Under the pieces are notes generated by a model. It searched no databases and was not told where the DNA came from. It saw only the letters and a list, made by a program, of their open reading frames with translations. From NCBI RefSeq assembly GCF_000143415.4, contig NW_003314319.1, positions 22,198-86,197 of the forward strand: DNA of 64,000 bases, written 5' to 3'. Origin of the DNA: Selaginella moellendorffii. Lineage: Eukaryota; Plantae; Lycopodiophyta. The stretch's first letter is position 1; each line of letters starts with the position of its first letter. This document shows positions 26,870-39,150 of this stretch, piece after piece. The translations under genes were made by a program, and so were the position numbers.

Positions 26870-27499
26870 GAAGTGCAGATTAACTAACAAGTATAATCTC
26901 TTAAAGTTCTAGATTAGTACAATTAATATTAAACCTTCAATCAATTAAAAACTATTTTTTTAAAGAAATTGTTCCTTTTCTACTATTTCTAGTAGCATAG
27001 AAAACTCAGAGCTTAATAGAAAATCATTTTTAATTAGATTATTACATATGTGAGATCTAAGTGGAACCACTTATCAAAAGAATGAGAAAAGAAATAAAAA
27101 ATAAAAAAAAAGAGGCATGAGTTTGTGAAGGAAATTTAAACAAATGTAATTTTATATTATCAAGATTTATTTAGAAGGAACAAAATTAGTATCTATAAGG
27201 TTCAAGTGTACAGTTATAATGCTATATACTAATATTAACAACTATACACTTATATTAGTATAGTGGATTTTGATAGCGATCAAATTGATTTCAATCCAAA
27301 CCACTCACTCCTATATATAACTTAAGGTTTTTGAGTTAATAAAGATGCACATTTTTGTATTCCATTTTCATATTGTATGCACTTAATCAGAGGAGGAGGG
27401 GGCAACTTTAATTGTTCCTAAGAAGTGTTTAGATTTGGGATTTTGGTTTAAATTAAACTTTAGCATCATCTAGACTTTACTTATTTTTTTCTCTTTTGT

Positions 27500-29465
27500 T
27501 TTTCTCCTTTTTGTTCATCTTCATGATATAGTAGCTTCCTCCTCCTTTAATTATGGAGCAATAATTAGTGCAATTGTTCGATGTTATGCGGTTGCAATTG
27601 AATAATCAAACTTAGTTGATGGTAGTATTCATAGTATATGGTACAACTCTTCTTGCTCTTGCTGCCAATTCTTGCATTTGGCTAAAGATCTTCTATGGGA
27701 ATTCTATGGATGATATATACCATTAGTTTAATCATTTTATGGTGATTGTTACATATCATTCTTGAGATGATATTTAGTGTTTGTTTGAGTTTTCACATGT
27801 TTCTAAGAGACAGTACTACAATGGTACAATGGTTTAAGTGCAACCACTATACAGATTAGAGCATTCTCTTTGGTGCAATGTTATGAGATATTACCTATTC
27901 CACTTTTTATTGCACATGCTTTACCTCCACTTCATGTGGGAGATGGTTATATTTTAATGGAAGTTGATGCTACTATTGCTTAAGTTCAAAAACAAAGGTA
28001 AGGATGTAGTCATGGTTATTGGGCGTGTGATGAAATTGGTCACACTTATCGGTGTTGTTAGCATTTTCTAGATTGGTGTACTTCATTTCTTGGGTGGAAA
28101 TTTTGGCGTTAACAATGTCTTATTAATACTGTTATAATGGAAGCTCTAGACAACAAAATGTTTCTAGGAAACGAGGAATCATGTGAGTAGTGGGGGCTCT
28201 TTGTGTGAATAAGTTGGTGATCCATTCATTTTTTTTTAGGAGTATCATTAAAGGGTTTATTCGGCATCAATTCATCTAATGTTTACTTCTCAATATCATT
28301 TTTATAACAAAAGGTCTTCTATTATTCTTTTTGTGTTAGATGATATAGGCTTGAATTTATTTTCTATTGTTTAGTGTGTTGCTTCATATTGCCATCTACA
28401 TTTGCGTCATGTCGCAAAGCTAGTTTTTATTCTTTATGGCATAATTGTACACATGCATGTGTACGGGATGAGATGAACTTAGTTTTGTGTATGGGCGATG
28501 TTGAGGGTGAAGCTTCTATTATTAAGAGTGGTGCTAAGTCAAACTTTTGACCTCATCCTTGGTATAGATTGATTGCACGTAATCATGTCAAATGTGACTT
28601 TGAGGCTTCTCCTCTTGTTTCATAATTCCTTATCTTTCTTTCATTCCTTTCACTTCTATTCCTTTTTGTCCTTCTATTTTTGTTTCCATCATTTTTGTCT
28701 CCCCATTATTTCCTCTTATGTTTCCATCTTGTTCCTTTATTCCCTCTTTAAATCCCTTTGACAATTTTTGTGTTGCAGTGGTTCACTAACTTATGGAAGA
28801 GTATGCTAATCTTTTCGAATTTAATTTGTTATTTAGGGCCAAGATTGCAACACATCATCCTGTTCCAATTGGGGATGCTTGTCCAATCAAAGTTCTTGTT
28901 CGTCATCAGTCACCAAAGGAGATCAAGATTTTACATACAAATATCAAAGAGATCTAAAAAAGGGTGTTATGCAAAAGTCACGAAGTCCTTAAGCATGTGA
29001 ACCTCATCTTGTAATGAAGTCTAATGGGAGTATTAGTTTCTACATCAACTGTCATCCCTTAAATAAATTGACTATCCCATATATATACCATTTTCCTCAC
29101 GATACTAATCTTTTAAATCATTTGGGGAGAAGTTGTTAGTTCACCAAATTAGATTTTGTTTCTAGGTACTGGCAAGTGCTGATAGCCAAAAAAAATATTC
29201 CCAAGATTGCTTTTTATATACCATTTGGTTTGTACAAGTTTTTGGTAATGCCATTCGGTTTGAACAATACTTTAGTGATTTTCTAGTGCATAGTGGATGA
29301 AGTTCTTTGCGAGATGTTAAAGGTAACTACCAACTTCTTTAATGATGTTTTGATCCACTCAGAAGGGATATGGGAGGAGCACATTTGTGATGTTCAAAAG
29401 GTGTTGAATCAATTGCAAAAAGTTAGTTTAAAGCTGAAGTGATTAAAATGTATATTTGTATCTAA
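27500..29465 (+). mobile_element. Decayed Ty3/Gypsy gag-pol, cut in RT by the DNA transposon
   Basis: KFLVMPFGLNN..FFNDVLIHS..WEEHI..LKLK*LKCIFVS at ~29230-29465; reading continues KDI at 56021-56029. Left boundary approximate. Confidence 0.8.
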
Positions 29466-29922
29466 AATCTCTATTTTGTTAAAGTGGGAATTGTCATTAT
29501 CCCACTTGTAAAATAAGGTTTCCAAACCTTTATATAGTATATAAATATAACAAAATTCAACTGCATTGAGGCACATGCCATTTTATTTTAAACAAGGAAA
29601 TGTCTACTCAATCACTTCTCCTCCCCCTGCCACTGCTTCACCTCTCTCTTCTCCTTGTCATCGTCGTCCAATTTCTTTCCATCCTTTTAATATTGGCTCA
29701 GTTGCTCCGAGTCTAGGTGGAGCCCAAGTCCCCATTCAATCTTTACTTTCCCATTATTAATAAAACAACTTCGTAGACTTCCAATAACATGCTGTAACAC
29801 TTCTAGTATAATGCAAATCCTCTCAAAGAATTGTCTTTTAATATTAATACAATGGCATGGAACCCCATGCCATAATAAGTTACATTTTTAAATAAATACA
29901 TGCCATCTCAGACTGTTATTTT

Positions 29923-30792
29923 TTACCTCCAACGCCTATACAATAATCTTGGAATTTCATCACTCTCCACACTATCAGGATTTAAACCCAATAGTAATGC
30001 CATCTCTTCTCTAATACGTCCACGCTCATGTTCAGTGGTCGAAGAACCCATCCGGTTGAGCAGATTATGGAGATGCGGATAGTGCTTGGCTAGACAATAT
30101 ACATGCCATAAATGATGACTGGTGTCTGTCCGATCAAATGGCTTCTGATATACCGTTCCATCTGCCATTTGGTTGATTTCTGCAGCCACCTCCTGGACTG
30201 GCCGGTTCTCTATCACCATCGCTCCAAGCCGTTTTGCAACATCCCCCAGAACATACGATTTCTTCTCCCTAGTTTCCATACTGCAAGAGATGGGGTGCAC
30301 TGCATATGTGTGCGTGTTCGCTGCAGTTTTAATTGGCGAATCATCGATGATGAGGATTTCACATGAGCTAGCAGTCCGGTTCATCACTACAGCCTCTGGC
30401 TTGACGAAGATGGGCTTGCTACCCCTCACATGGACCATAGTCAAGCAATCCTCCTGCGTTAGGAGAAAGTCAAATGGTAATATTACTCGCGTCTGATCGT
30501 GCATCATCTGTAGCAACGTTAATGCATTGTGGCGCATCATGGATGTCCAAACTCCCAATTGCAAATTGAACTTGGCCCTCTGTTTTAAGTGTCGCATGGT
30601 CATTATTAGATCCCGCAGTTTTTCCCGTGTGATTAATGTGAATCTGTCTCTTTTGACCAACTTGCGACCGCAGGCTTTGGAGGGTGCAATGACATTCGAG
30701 GACGAGCCACGCTCATGGGAGAAAAGGACACCGTTCAGATCAAAAACGATACAGTACCTTCGCCGTGACTTTGAAATGAAATGCGTCAGCAT
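29923..30792 (-). CDS. FCP1/NIF-like HAD-superfamily phosphatase domain (transposon cargo; probably the last exon of the cargo gene)
   Basis: HAD motifs CIVFDLNGVLF, LGVWTSMMRHNA, IFVKP and ILIIDDSPIK in a 289-codon open frame. Splice link to upstream exons not resolved. Confidence 0.75.
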   Translation of the reverse strand: MLTHFISKSRRRYCIVFDLNGVLFSHERGSSSNVIAPSKACGRKLVKRDRFTLITREKLRDLIMTMRHLKQRAKFNLQLGVWTSMMRHNALTLLQMMHDQTRVILPFDFLLTQEDCLTMVHVRGSKPIFVKPEAVVMNRTASSCEILIIDDSPIKTAANTHTYAVHPISCSMETREKKSYVLGDVAKRLGAMVIENRPVQEVAAEINQMADGTVYQKPFDRTDTSHHLWHVYCLAKHYPHLHNLLNRMGSSTTEHERGRIREEMALLLGLNPDSVESDEIPRLLYRRWR

Positions 30793-33519
30793 AAAAAATG
30801 GTACAAGTCAATTTTACCATCTACAATATTAGCGAATGTTGCTCCCGATGGTCGTTGAGAGGGTTTTGGTCGAGGAAACGTGAAGGGCGGAAATACTCTC
30901 CTTTGCAATGTGGGGTCAATTGCATCCGATGGCGTGTGGGCACATGCCATTTCAGCTGTAGACTCTGGTACAACTGGCTCAACAGTGACATGGGGTGGTT
31001 CCGATGGCGTGTGATCACACGCCATTTCAGCTGGTGCCTCCGTTGGCAAAGTGGACATGACCGAACAGGCAGCAGGGGCGGTGTAGGGAGGTTCCAACGG
31101 CGCGTAGTCAGACGATTGGGCACACGTTGAGTCCGTTGGAAATGAGGATACGACCGGCTCGGCGGCTGGGGCGGCCTCATGTGGGTCCAATGGCGCCTGG
31201 TCACCGTCAGTTGGATACGTGGACAAGATTGACTCAGTGGTATGGGCAGCATCAAGTGGAGCGTGGTCAGCTTGCTTGGCGTTGATATAGATAGTAGCCT
31301 CCACCAGCTCTGATGACTCTTGCAGCCAAGTAGAGTCCACTGGCGGATCCATATGCATGTCCAAATATCTCCCTTCGATTGAGATGGTATCCTCCCGTGC
31401 TACTAAAAACAAACTCATTAGCACATTGAATCGACTATACTGTATTTACCATCAACTGCTATTGAGGAACTAGGACCGATATCACTTGGGCGCACTGCTG
31501 ATTCTGAAGGATTGGACATACGTTTCGACCCTTGCTTGGCACTATCCTTCCTCGACACTAAAGGCTAGAGTTTGTAAATTCAACTGAATAATCTCTACTT
31601 ACCATTTGCTCTGCGACCTACATGGACAATGTTAGAAATGGTAAAAGGTTAGGAATGGATGTACTATTATTTACCTGATGGTTTGTCTTGTATGACCTTC
31701 CTCCGCTGCTCTTTGGCCACCTCAGGCTGGCCATCGTCGTCATCATCGTCGTCGTCGTTATTGTGATCTTCACCATTGTGAGGACCATCCAAGTCCTCTT
31801 CGTCCTCCTCTTCTTCGTCCTCCTCTTTTTTGTCCTCCTCTTCGTCCTTCTGCTCTTCCTGCTCATTATCTTTCTCTGGCTCCTCATCCCCCTCCTGCAT
31901 TTCTTCCATAGGCTGCTCAGGCTGGATGGCTTGTTCTTCCAGGACCATCTTGGGAAAATCATCTGGCCGAGTCTCCATCTCAAAATACAAGACATCCATA
32001 GCCTGTTTTAGTGCGTGACCTAGGATCGTATCCTCACCCGACTGTCTTAACATGGTTTCTGCACGTTCTTGCACCCTTCGAAGACGACGAGATGAGAAAA
32101 ACGTGGCCTGACTTGAAAAGCTTCCCTCATCCATTGTACCTCTCCATTGAGATTGGGGAAGGGGAGTCCGCCATAGGAATCTGAGTCATGAGGTGGTGAC
32201 TGCCTGCTTTCACTCAGCCCTTGATCTGCAATGAATGGCATGAGCACACACGCCATAACTGCGAGGCATTACCTATCATCTTTTCGTTGCCCTTCTTCCT
32301 TTTCGAATCAAACGCCTCTGATCCCGACGACTGTCCAATGTGCTTTCGCTTTTTATGACCACTGTCAGTTTGAGCTTGGCTGGTGCTTGCCTGTTTTGCC
32401 TTTGAAGAAGTTTCTCCTGCAAGGAATGGCATGAGACCACACGCCATTGCAAATATAATTTGTACCTCCTTTTTTCCTATTGCTTGTCTGTTTGTCCTTC
32501 TTCGATTCGCCACCAGTGCGCTTTTCAGTCCTCGTGTCTGAATATTCACAACGATCTATAATCAAAATGGCGTGAGGCCTCACGTGACCTTACCTTGTGT
32601 AGGTTGTGAGCTCGGCCCAACATGGGTATCTTCAACAGTAGCTATTAACGCCGTTTCAGCATCTGGGGGTGGCCACGCTCCTGCATACAGAGCTTGTGAG
32701 ATAACATTTAAACTTAAAGTGTGTACTCACCAGGTTCGCAGAGAAGATACTATTTTTCTTTGGCAACTGTAATTATATGCTCCATTGAAGTCACCTCTTC
32801 AATGGAGTTTGTCACCGCAACACACGGGACACCCTTGAGTAGTGCGGCTCGAAAGAATAGTCCGCTGCAGTTGTACTCGACAACGCATTTGCCCTTGGAG
32901 TCGGAAGCAGGTGACCCACCCGCTATTGCGTTGAAGACCCAGCTGAGCATTTCCCATGCTGCACTTGGAGCTTTCTTTGGATTCGAAAGCTCCATAGCCG
33001 TCTTCAGTTCCTCAGGCACGGGTAAATTGACCTCCCTCAGATCAATTCGATTGGCCTTGTCGAACGAAGCTGGGAAGTCACTCCAGTCCCACTCTGCTGC
33101 AGGACCAATAACAAGGGCGAGTGTGAAGATGCGGACATTCGTCGGTATCTTCTTCTTAGCCATTATCCCATGGATCTCCCGCATCTCCTTGCCTTTCAAC
33201 CGAGCCTTCACCTCGTTCAAGGCCTTCCAGAACTTGTGATAGGATTCGGAGTCGTAGATCATATAGTGGACTGAAGATTCCACTGTGAGACACAAAATCC
33301 CTAGGCCCCAAAGTGGAGCCAGAAGGGCGCCACATGGTAGTGGCCGAAGCGACAGCCAAACGAGCGTAACACGTTTGGACCAAAAGCTCCGACTTGAAAA
33401 GTCAAGAGCGGGAGTGGAACTCCCAACGAAGTGCTCGAGGAACGAGCATGAAGCAAGCAAAAGGCGAGGCTCCAAAAAGGGACCCAAAAGGACCAACACA
33501 TGACACGTGGGAGTGTTCG

Positions 33520-33966
33520 AGATGGAGTCCGAAGTGGAGTCCGAGGTGGACCCGAGATGGACCCGAGTTGGAGTCCGAAGTGGAGTCCGAGATGGAGTCC
33601 GAGGTGGACCCGAGATGGACCCAAGCTGGAGTCCGAAGTGGAGTCCGAGATGGACCCGAGATGGAGTCCGAGATGGAGTCCGAGATGGAGTCCGAGGTGG
33701 ACCCGAGATGGACCCGAGCTGGAGTCCGAAGTGGAGTCCGAGATGGACCCGAGATGGAGTCCGAGATGGAGTCCGAGATGGAGTCCGAGATGGACCCGAG
33801 ATGGAGTCCGAGATGGAGTCCGAGATGGAGTCCGAGGTGGACCCGAGATGGACCCGAAATGGAGTCCGAGATGGAGTCCAAGATGGACCCGAGATGGAGT
33901 CCGAGATGGAGTCCGAGATGGACCCGAGATGGACCCGAGATGGAGTCCGAGATGGAGTCCGAGATG
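33520..33966 (+). repeat. 11/12-mer minisatellite (GATGGAGTCCGA / GATGGACCCGA) in 5' LTR
   Basis: Direct tandem units visible. Confidence 0.95.
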
Positions 33967-36900
33967 TCAGTGGTACCTTTGGGTGTCGGTCTTGGGACCG
34001 GACACGTGGAGCACTTGGACCAGGTGCAAGTGTTGAGTGGCATGGATGCCATTCTTGGGGCTAGCAAGTCCCAAGTCCTGAATTGGACTTAAGGAGGTTG
34101 TGAGTGAGACTCCTCGAAGTGGTCGAAGGTGTGGTTAAGTGACTAAAGTAGAATGGAAAAATTAGTCGCTTACAATTTGGTATCAGAGCTGTTCCTTAGT
34201 CCGACTTTTATTGGTGCTCAAGTATATCACCACTAGTGTTGGCATCGGAAGGTCCGAGGAGTGGGCCTATCCTTGAGGAGTAGCAAGTCGGGAAGACATG
34301 GCTCTCCATTACAGTTCATGTGTGAACTTGTAGACGAGGTGGTGGATAGAAAAGGGCCAATAATGGAACGACTTTGGGATCTTGGGAACAGTGCAAGGTT
34401 TTCCTCATTGAGTTGAGGATGTGATCCGGATGAGCATTTGTCTCAGCAAATTGGCTTAGGTTGTTGTGGTAAACAACTAAAGTTGGGATCACGGGAAAGA
34501 TAGAGACTCCAAAACAATAAAGGAGTCACAAGATTATCCTCATATAGTTGAGGTTGGTGCTCATGAATGTGAGACCAAAGGTAATGACCGTGGAAGGTCA
34601 AATACGGAAGAGGACTCAAGTCCTTGAAATGGTAGCCGGGGCTACCTCTAATAAATGCTGGAACAACCCAAGGAGTTGGGGGTGTATTAAGTGGATGAGT
34701 TGGTATTCTCATCACATGGACAAGTAGTCCTAAGGGGCAAAGGTTGCCCCCAGAGAACAAAATCAAGTGTCGGAGTAACACTTGTGAAAATAGTCCTTTT
34801 GAGTAGGACCGGAATGCAAGATGTGTATTCCAGTGAGCTAGTGCCTCACAAGTAGGACCTTACGGGTCGGTGGATTAACCAAGTCCAAAACTGCTAGACG
34901 ACTCAAATAGAGTCAAGGGATGGTCCTAAAAAGGACTGAATGAAGCATTTGGACTGAGGTGCATTGTACCCCACAAAGGATGGGGGGGGATCATAGGATC
35001 CAAGGATGAAAACAGAGAGTATCTCATCGATGGCAAAATGTGCCATGCTAAAGTTATAGGAAAGGTGTTCCCAGAAGAAAACAACTTTGACATAAAGTTG
35101 TGTGTGACCTCTATGGGGCAGTGCTAACAGATGGTTGGCATGAGAAAGAGCGGTGTTGGTCTTGGCAAAGACTTAGACACGAAGGGAAATGTCATAGAGG
35201 TAGGCTCGTGGAGCCGATGGTGTGGAGACACCAAATGTGCCAAGGTGTGATACCTTGAGGCTATGTTGGTGGGTTCATGAGAACCCCTTGCCAAAGGAAT
35301 CCCAATGGAAATGGGAATGGCATAGCCTAAGCTGTAGAGCATGCAGTTGGAGTGTGGTGACCCAGATAGTGATGGAGGTGTGAAAGCACCAAGCAATGAG
35401 TTGTAGGACTTGACAACTATGAGGCAACTAAGCAAGAGGTGCAAAATAACTGGTTAAACGGGTAGAAGGTAGCTACCCAAGACTTCTAGTATAGGGAAGT
35501 CGGATATACCCTTACGGGGGATAAGTTGCTTATGTTGCGATATAGTAAGTTAATGTCATAAAAGGAAATACTCATTGTCAAGAAAGCCATCATTGGGACA
35601 CCCGAACACTCTAGAACACTAGAAGGTGGTGTTTGATGTCGCGAGGGCAATGGATAAAGCCCAAGGGACTAAGTCCCTAGCTAATGATGGATAGAAGGTG
35701 CTATCCAAATGTCCAAGGTTGCGGAGATAGGAGAGGACTGTCTACCCAAGTTGGACAAAGCCAAAAATGGAATTTTGGCAAGGCTAGTGATGGGCATGTA
35801 AAGGCCCATAAGCAACAATATAACCCCAGTGTGTGGGATTATAAGTTGAGCATACCCGGATTGAGGAACCACTCCCTGGGCTATTGGGTAGGCTCATCCC
35901 TAAGAATACTTGCTAAGGCATGATAAAAAGTGCAAAGCTATCCTCTTGGTCTAGAGGAGAATGACCGAAGGAAAGGTGTGAAGCCAAAGGCAAGTAGTGT
36001 TGGGATGGAACTGAACCATAGAAATCAAAGGGCATATCCAACAGTGGTTATGAAAGTTGGGAGTGGAGAATCAAGAGGGTGCTCGAGGATGTTGTTGCTA
36101 GCAACCGTGATGCCATGGAGAGTCTAAAATATGGAATTGTCCATGTTAGACTATATGGCAACTATAAAGCTTGCGAAAGGGGAGGCCTTAGCAAGCTGAG
36201 GGACAGAGTTCCTTCAAGGTTCCCAAAGACGATTCTAGGTAGCGTAGTACCTAAAAAGGCCAAGTGTAAATGGTTCATGGAACGCGCGAAATCAGAGTGG
36301 CGCAGCAGAAGCGTGGTCTTGAAGCTTGCCATGAGGCAAGGTTATCAAGGTTAGGGAAGTAGTTCCCGAGTGTTCAAAGAGAGGGCTTTGAACGAAAGTC
36401 GATGGTCAAGGACTTTCACGCTTATGCAGGAACCATGTTACAATGGTCGGAGGACTTGCCAAGTGAGATTGGCCCGTCGGGGGAACAAAGACCCTAGTTG
36501 AAGGTGATATCTTCAAAAAGGGTGGGCCAGGGGGCCGAGCATGGAGGAGTCCATGCATGATCACAGACATGTCAAGTGAGAGGACTTGGCAGTGTGGAGG
36601 AACTAGGTTCCTAAGCTGTGATCTGTAGCGCGCTTTAAAAATAGGTTGGTGCACCGGCGTGGGGAGTCACGCCAGGCATCTTGTGTGATGCCGTCCGTAG
36701 ATGCATATACGGAGGTTGGGTTCGAGTCCCGACCCTCTAGTGCTTGGGTTCGAGTCCCAAATCACTAGGGCGTGGTGATGGTTTGGAATATGAGGACACT
36801 CATATTTCGGTGGTCATGGACTCTCAGTGGGGAGACTGGTTTGGGCACACCGCCAAGCGAGGGATGCCTCGGAGTCGTGATGCACGGTTAGATTGCTTAG

Positions 36901-38469
36901 TGTGAAAGCTCGGCATATCTAACTTGAACGCTTTGGTGCAAGTGGCACCAAGGTCGTGGTGAGTGAGATGGGGACACCTAATCTCAGTTGCTATGAACCC
37001 TTGGCCGTAAGGGCTAGCTTGGGTGCACCGCCGAGTGTGGGGGATGCCCCCGGGGTTATAGTCAACAACTTGGAGGTCTAGAAGACCAAGTACCTCTTGG
37101 CAACTCTATTAAGGTGCCAAGGTGAGATCACTAGGTGATCTTATGGCCAGATAAGGACAAGGTCCTTGGTTGGCTAAGCAATGAAGTTCCTGGTTCAAAA
37201 TGTTGAAATTGAACTGTTTAAGATGGTGTGGCTTGGTCGTGATGACCAAGTGGGAAGAGCACCTAAGGGAAATAAACTATGTCCGTCCGATGGCATAGTG
37301 AGTCCGAGGAAAGTAGTCTCTATAAAAAACCCATGGGAGGGTCACGAAGTTGGGCCATGGATAGAATCCATAGCAGAATATGCTAAAGAAACATACTAGG
37401 GGTGAACATCCTCCGAACTTGGCAAAAAAGAGTCTTTGCTATGGAACCGAAAGGATACTTCAAAAATGGAGGTAGCGATCCGATGTTGCTGGGTGCAACA
37501 ATCAAGGATAGGAGCAAAGGACTAGTGGCCAAAGTTTGGGCCATGGAATTTAATGGAAGGGATCCAAATGGCAAAGTTAGCCAAGGAACACTAATGTGTT
37601 CGATACTAACAGGTTGTGGGAAAGGAAGCGGACTTTCAAGGACGGATTCCTAAGTGCTCCAATTTGGCGAAGTAAAGGCTCCAAGTGAGGGAGCGGTAAG
37701 GTAGCCAAATGATAGGGCCATGGACAGCCCTAGCACAAAGTATGATAAATGGAACTTAGTGCCCAAGGTGGCACGAAATAGAAGAGAGGATGATGGTGCC
37801 CTCAAGTAATGAACTTCCTAGGATAGGGAAGTGGAGTTGCACAATCTGTGCAATGCAAGGTGTTGGAGACACCTAGAAAATTGACTTCCAAAAAGTCAAA
37901 AGAATAAAAGTTCCAAGGTGCAAACATTCAATAGATGGAAATTGAGACTACTCGAGAAGGAGTAGTGGGATTGATTTAGAGAAGGGTCTCTAAGAGGTTT
38001 AGCGAGAACTAAACCAATAAAAGGGGAGAACCATTACATGTGGTCCAATCAGTCTCTAAGTTAGAGAGACTACGCTCCTTAAAGGATGGACAAGGCATAG
38101 TGAGCCTTTGATGTCAAACCATAGACAAAGATTGGCTAGGTGCCAAGGATGGAAATGGTAACACGTGTGGGTGTTACTTTATGAAAGGGTTTACCGTTCA
38201 ATGAGGACATCGAACTTCGTCTATGGGTGGTGGAGTTGTGAGACACAAAATCCCTAGGCCCCAAAGTGGAGCCAGAAGGGCGCCACATGGTAGTGGCCGA
38301 AGCGACAGCCAAACGAGCGTAACACGTTTGGACCAAAAGCTCCGACTTGAAAAGTCAAGAGCGGGAGTGGAACTCCCAACGAAGTGCCCGAGGAACGAGC
38401 ACGAAGCAAGCAAAAGGCGAGGCTCCAAAAAGGGACCCAAAAGGAGCAACACATGACACGTGGGAGTGT

Positions 38470-39150
38470 CCGAGATGGAGTCCGAAGTGGAGTCCGAGGT
38501 GGACCCGAGATGGACCCGAGTTGGAGTCCGAAGTGGAGTCCTAGATGGAGTCCGAGGTGGACCTGAGATGGACCCGAGCTGGAGTCCGAAGTGGAGTCCG
38601 AGATGGAGTCCGAGATGGATCCCGAGGTGGACCCGAGATGGACCCGAAATGGAGTCCGAGATGGAGTCCGAGGTGGACCCGAGATGGACCCGAAATGGAG
38701 TCCGAGATGGAGTCCAAGATGGACCCGAGATGGAGTCCGAGATGGAGTCCGAGATGGAGTCCGAGATGGAGTTCGAGGTGGACCCGAGATGGACCCGAAA
38801 TGGAGTCCGAGATGGAGTCCAAGATGGACCCGAGATGGAGTCCGAGATGGAGTCCGAGATGGACCCGAGATGGACCCGAGATGGAGTCCGAGATGGAGTC
38901 CGAGATGGAGTCCGAGATGGAGTCCGAAGTCGAGACTGAGACCGGGACCGAGACCGAGACCGAGACCGAGATCGGGACCGAGACCGAGACCGAGGCCGAG
39001 GCCAAGACCGAGACCGAGACCGAGGCCGAGGCCGAGACCGAGGCCGAGGCCGAGACCGAGGCCGAGGCCGAGACCGAGCCCGAGCCCGAGTCCAAGTCCG
39101 AATCCGAGTTCGAGTCCGAGTCCGAGTCCGAGTCCGAGTCCGAGTCCGGA
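38470..39150 (+). repeat. 11/12-mer then 6-mer (GACCGA, GGCCGA, GTCCGA) arrays in 3' LTR
   Basis: Direct tandem units; source of the many spurious ORFs here. Confidence 0.95.

Noticed and set aside
36700-36770. tRNA gene
   Set aside because: Only T-arm-like hairpins are present; no D-arm, anticodon arm or acceptor stem.
33520-39150. CRISPR-like appearance of the repeat arrays and of the dispersed 22-bp palindromes
   Set aside because: No constant repeat with unique, equal-length spacers; no cas genes; eukaryotic context.
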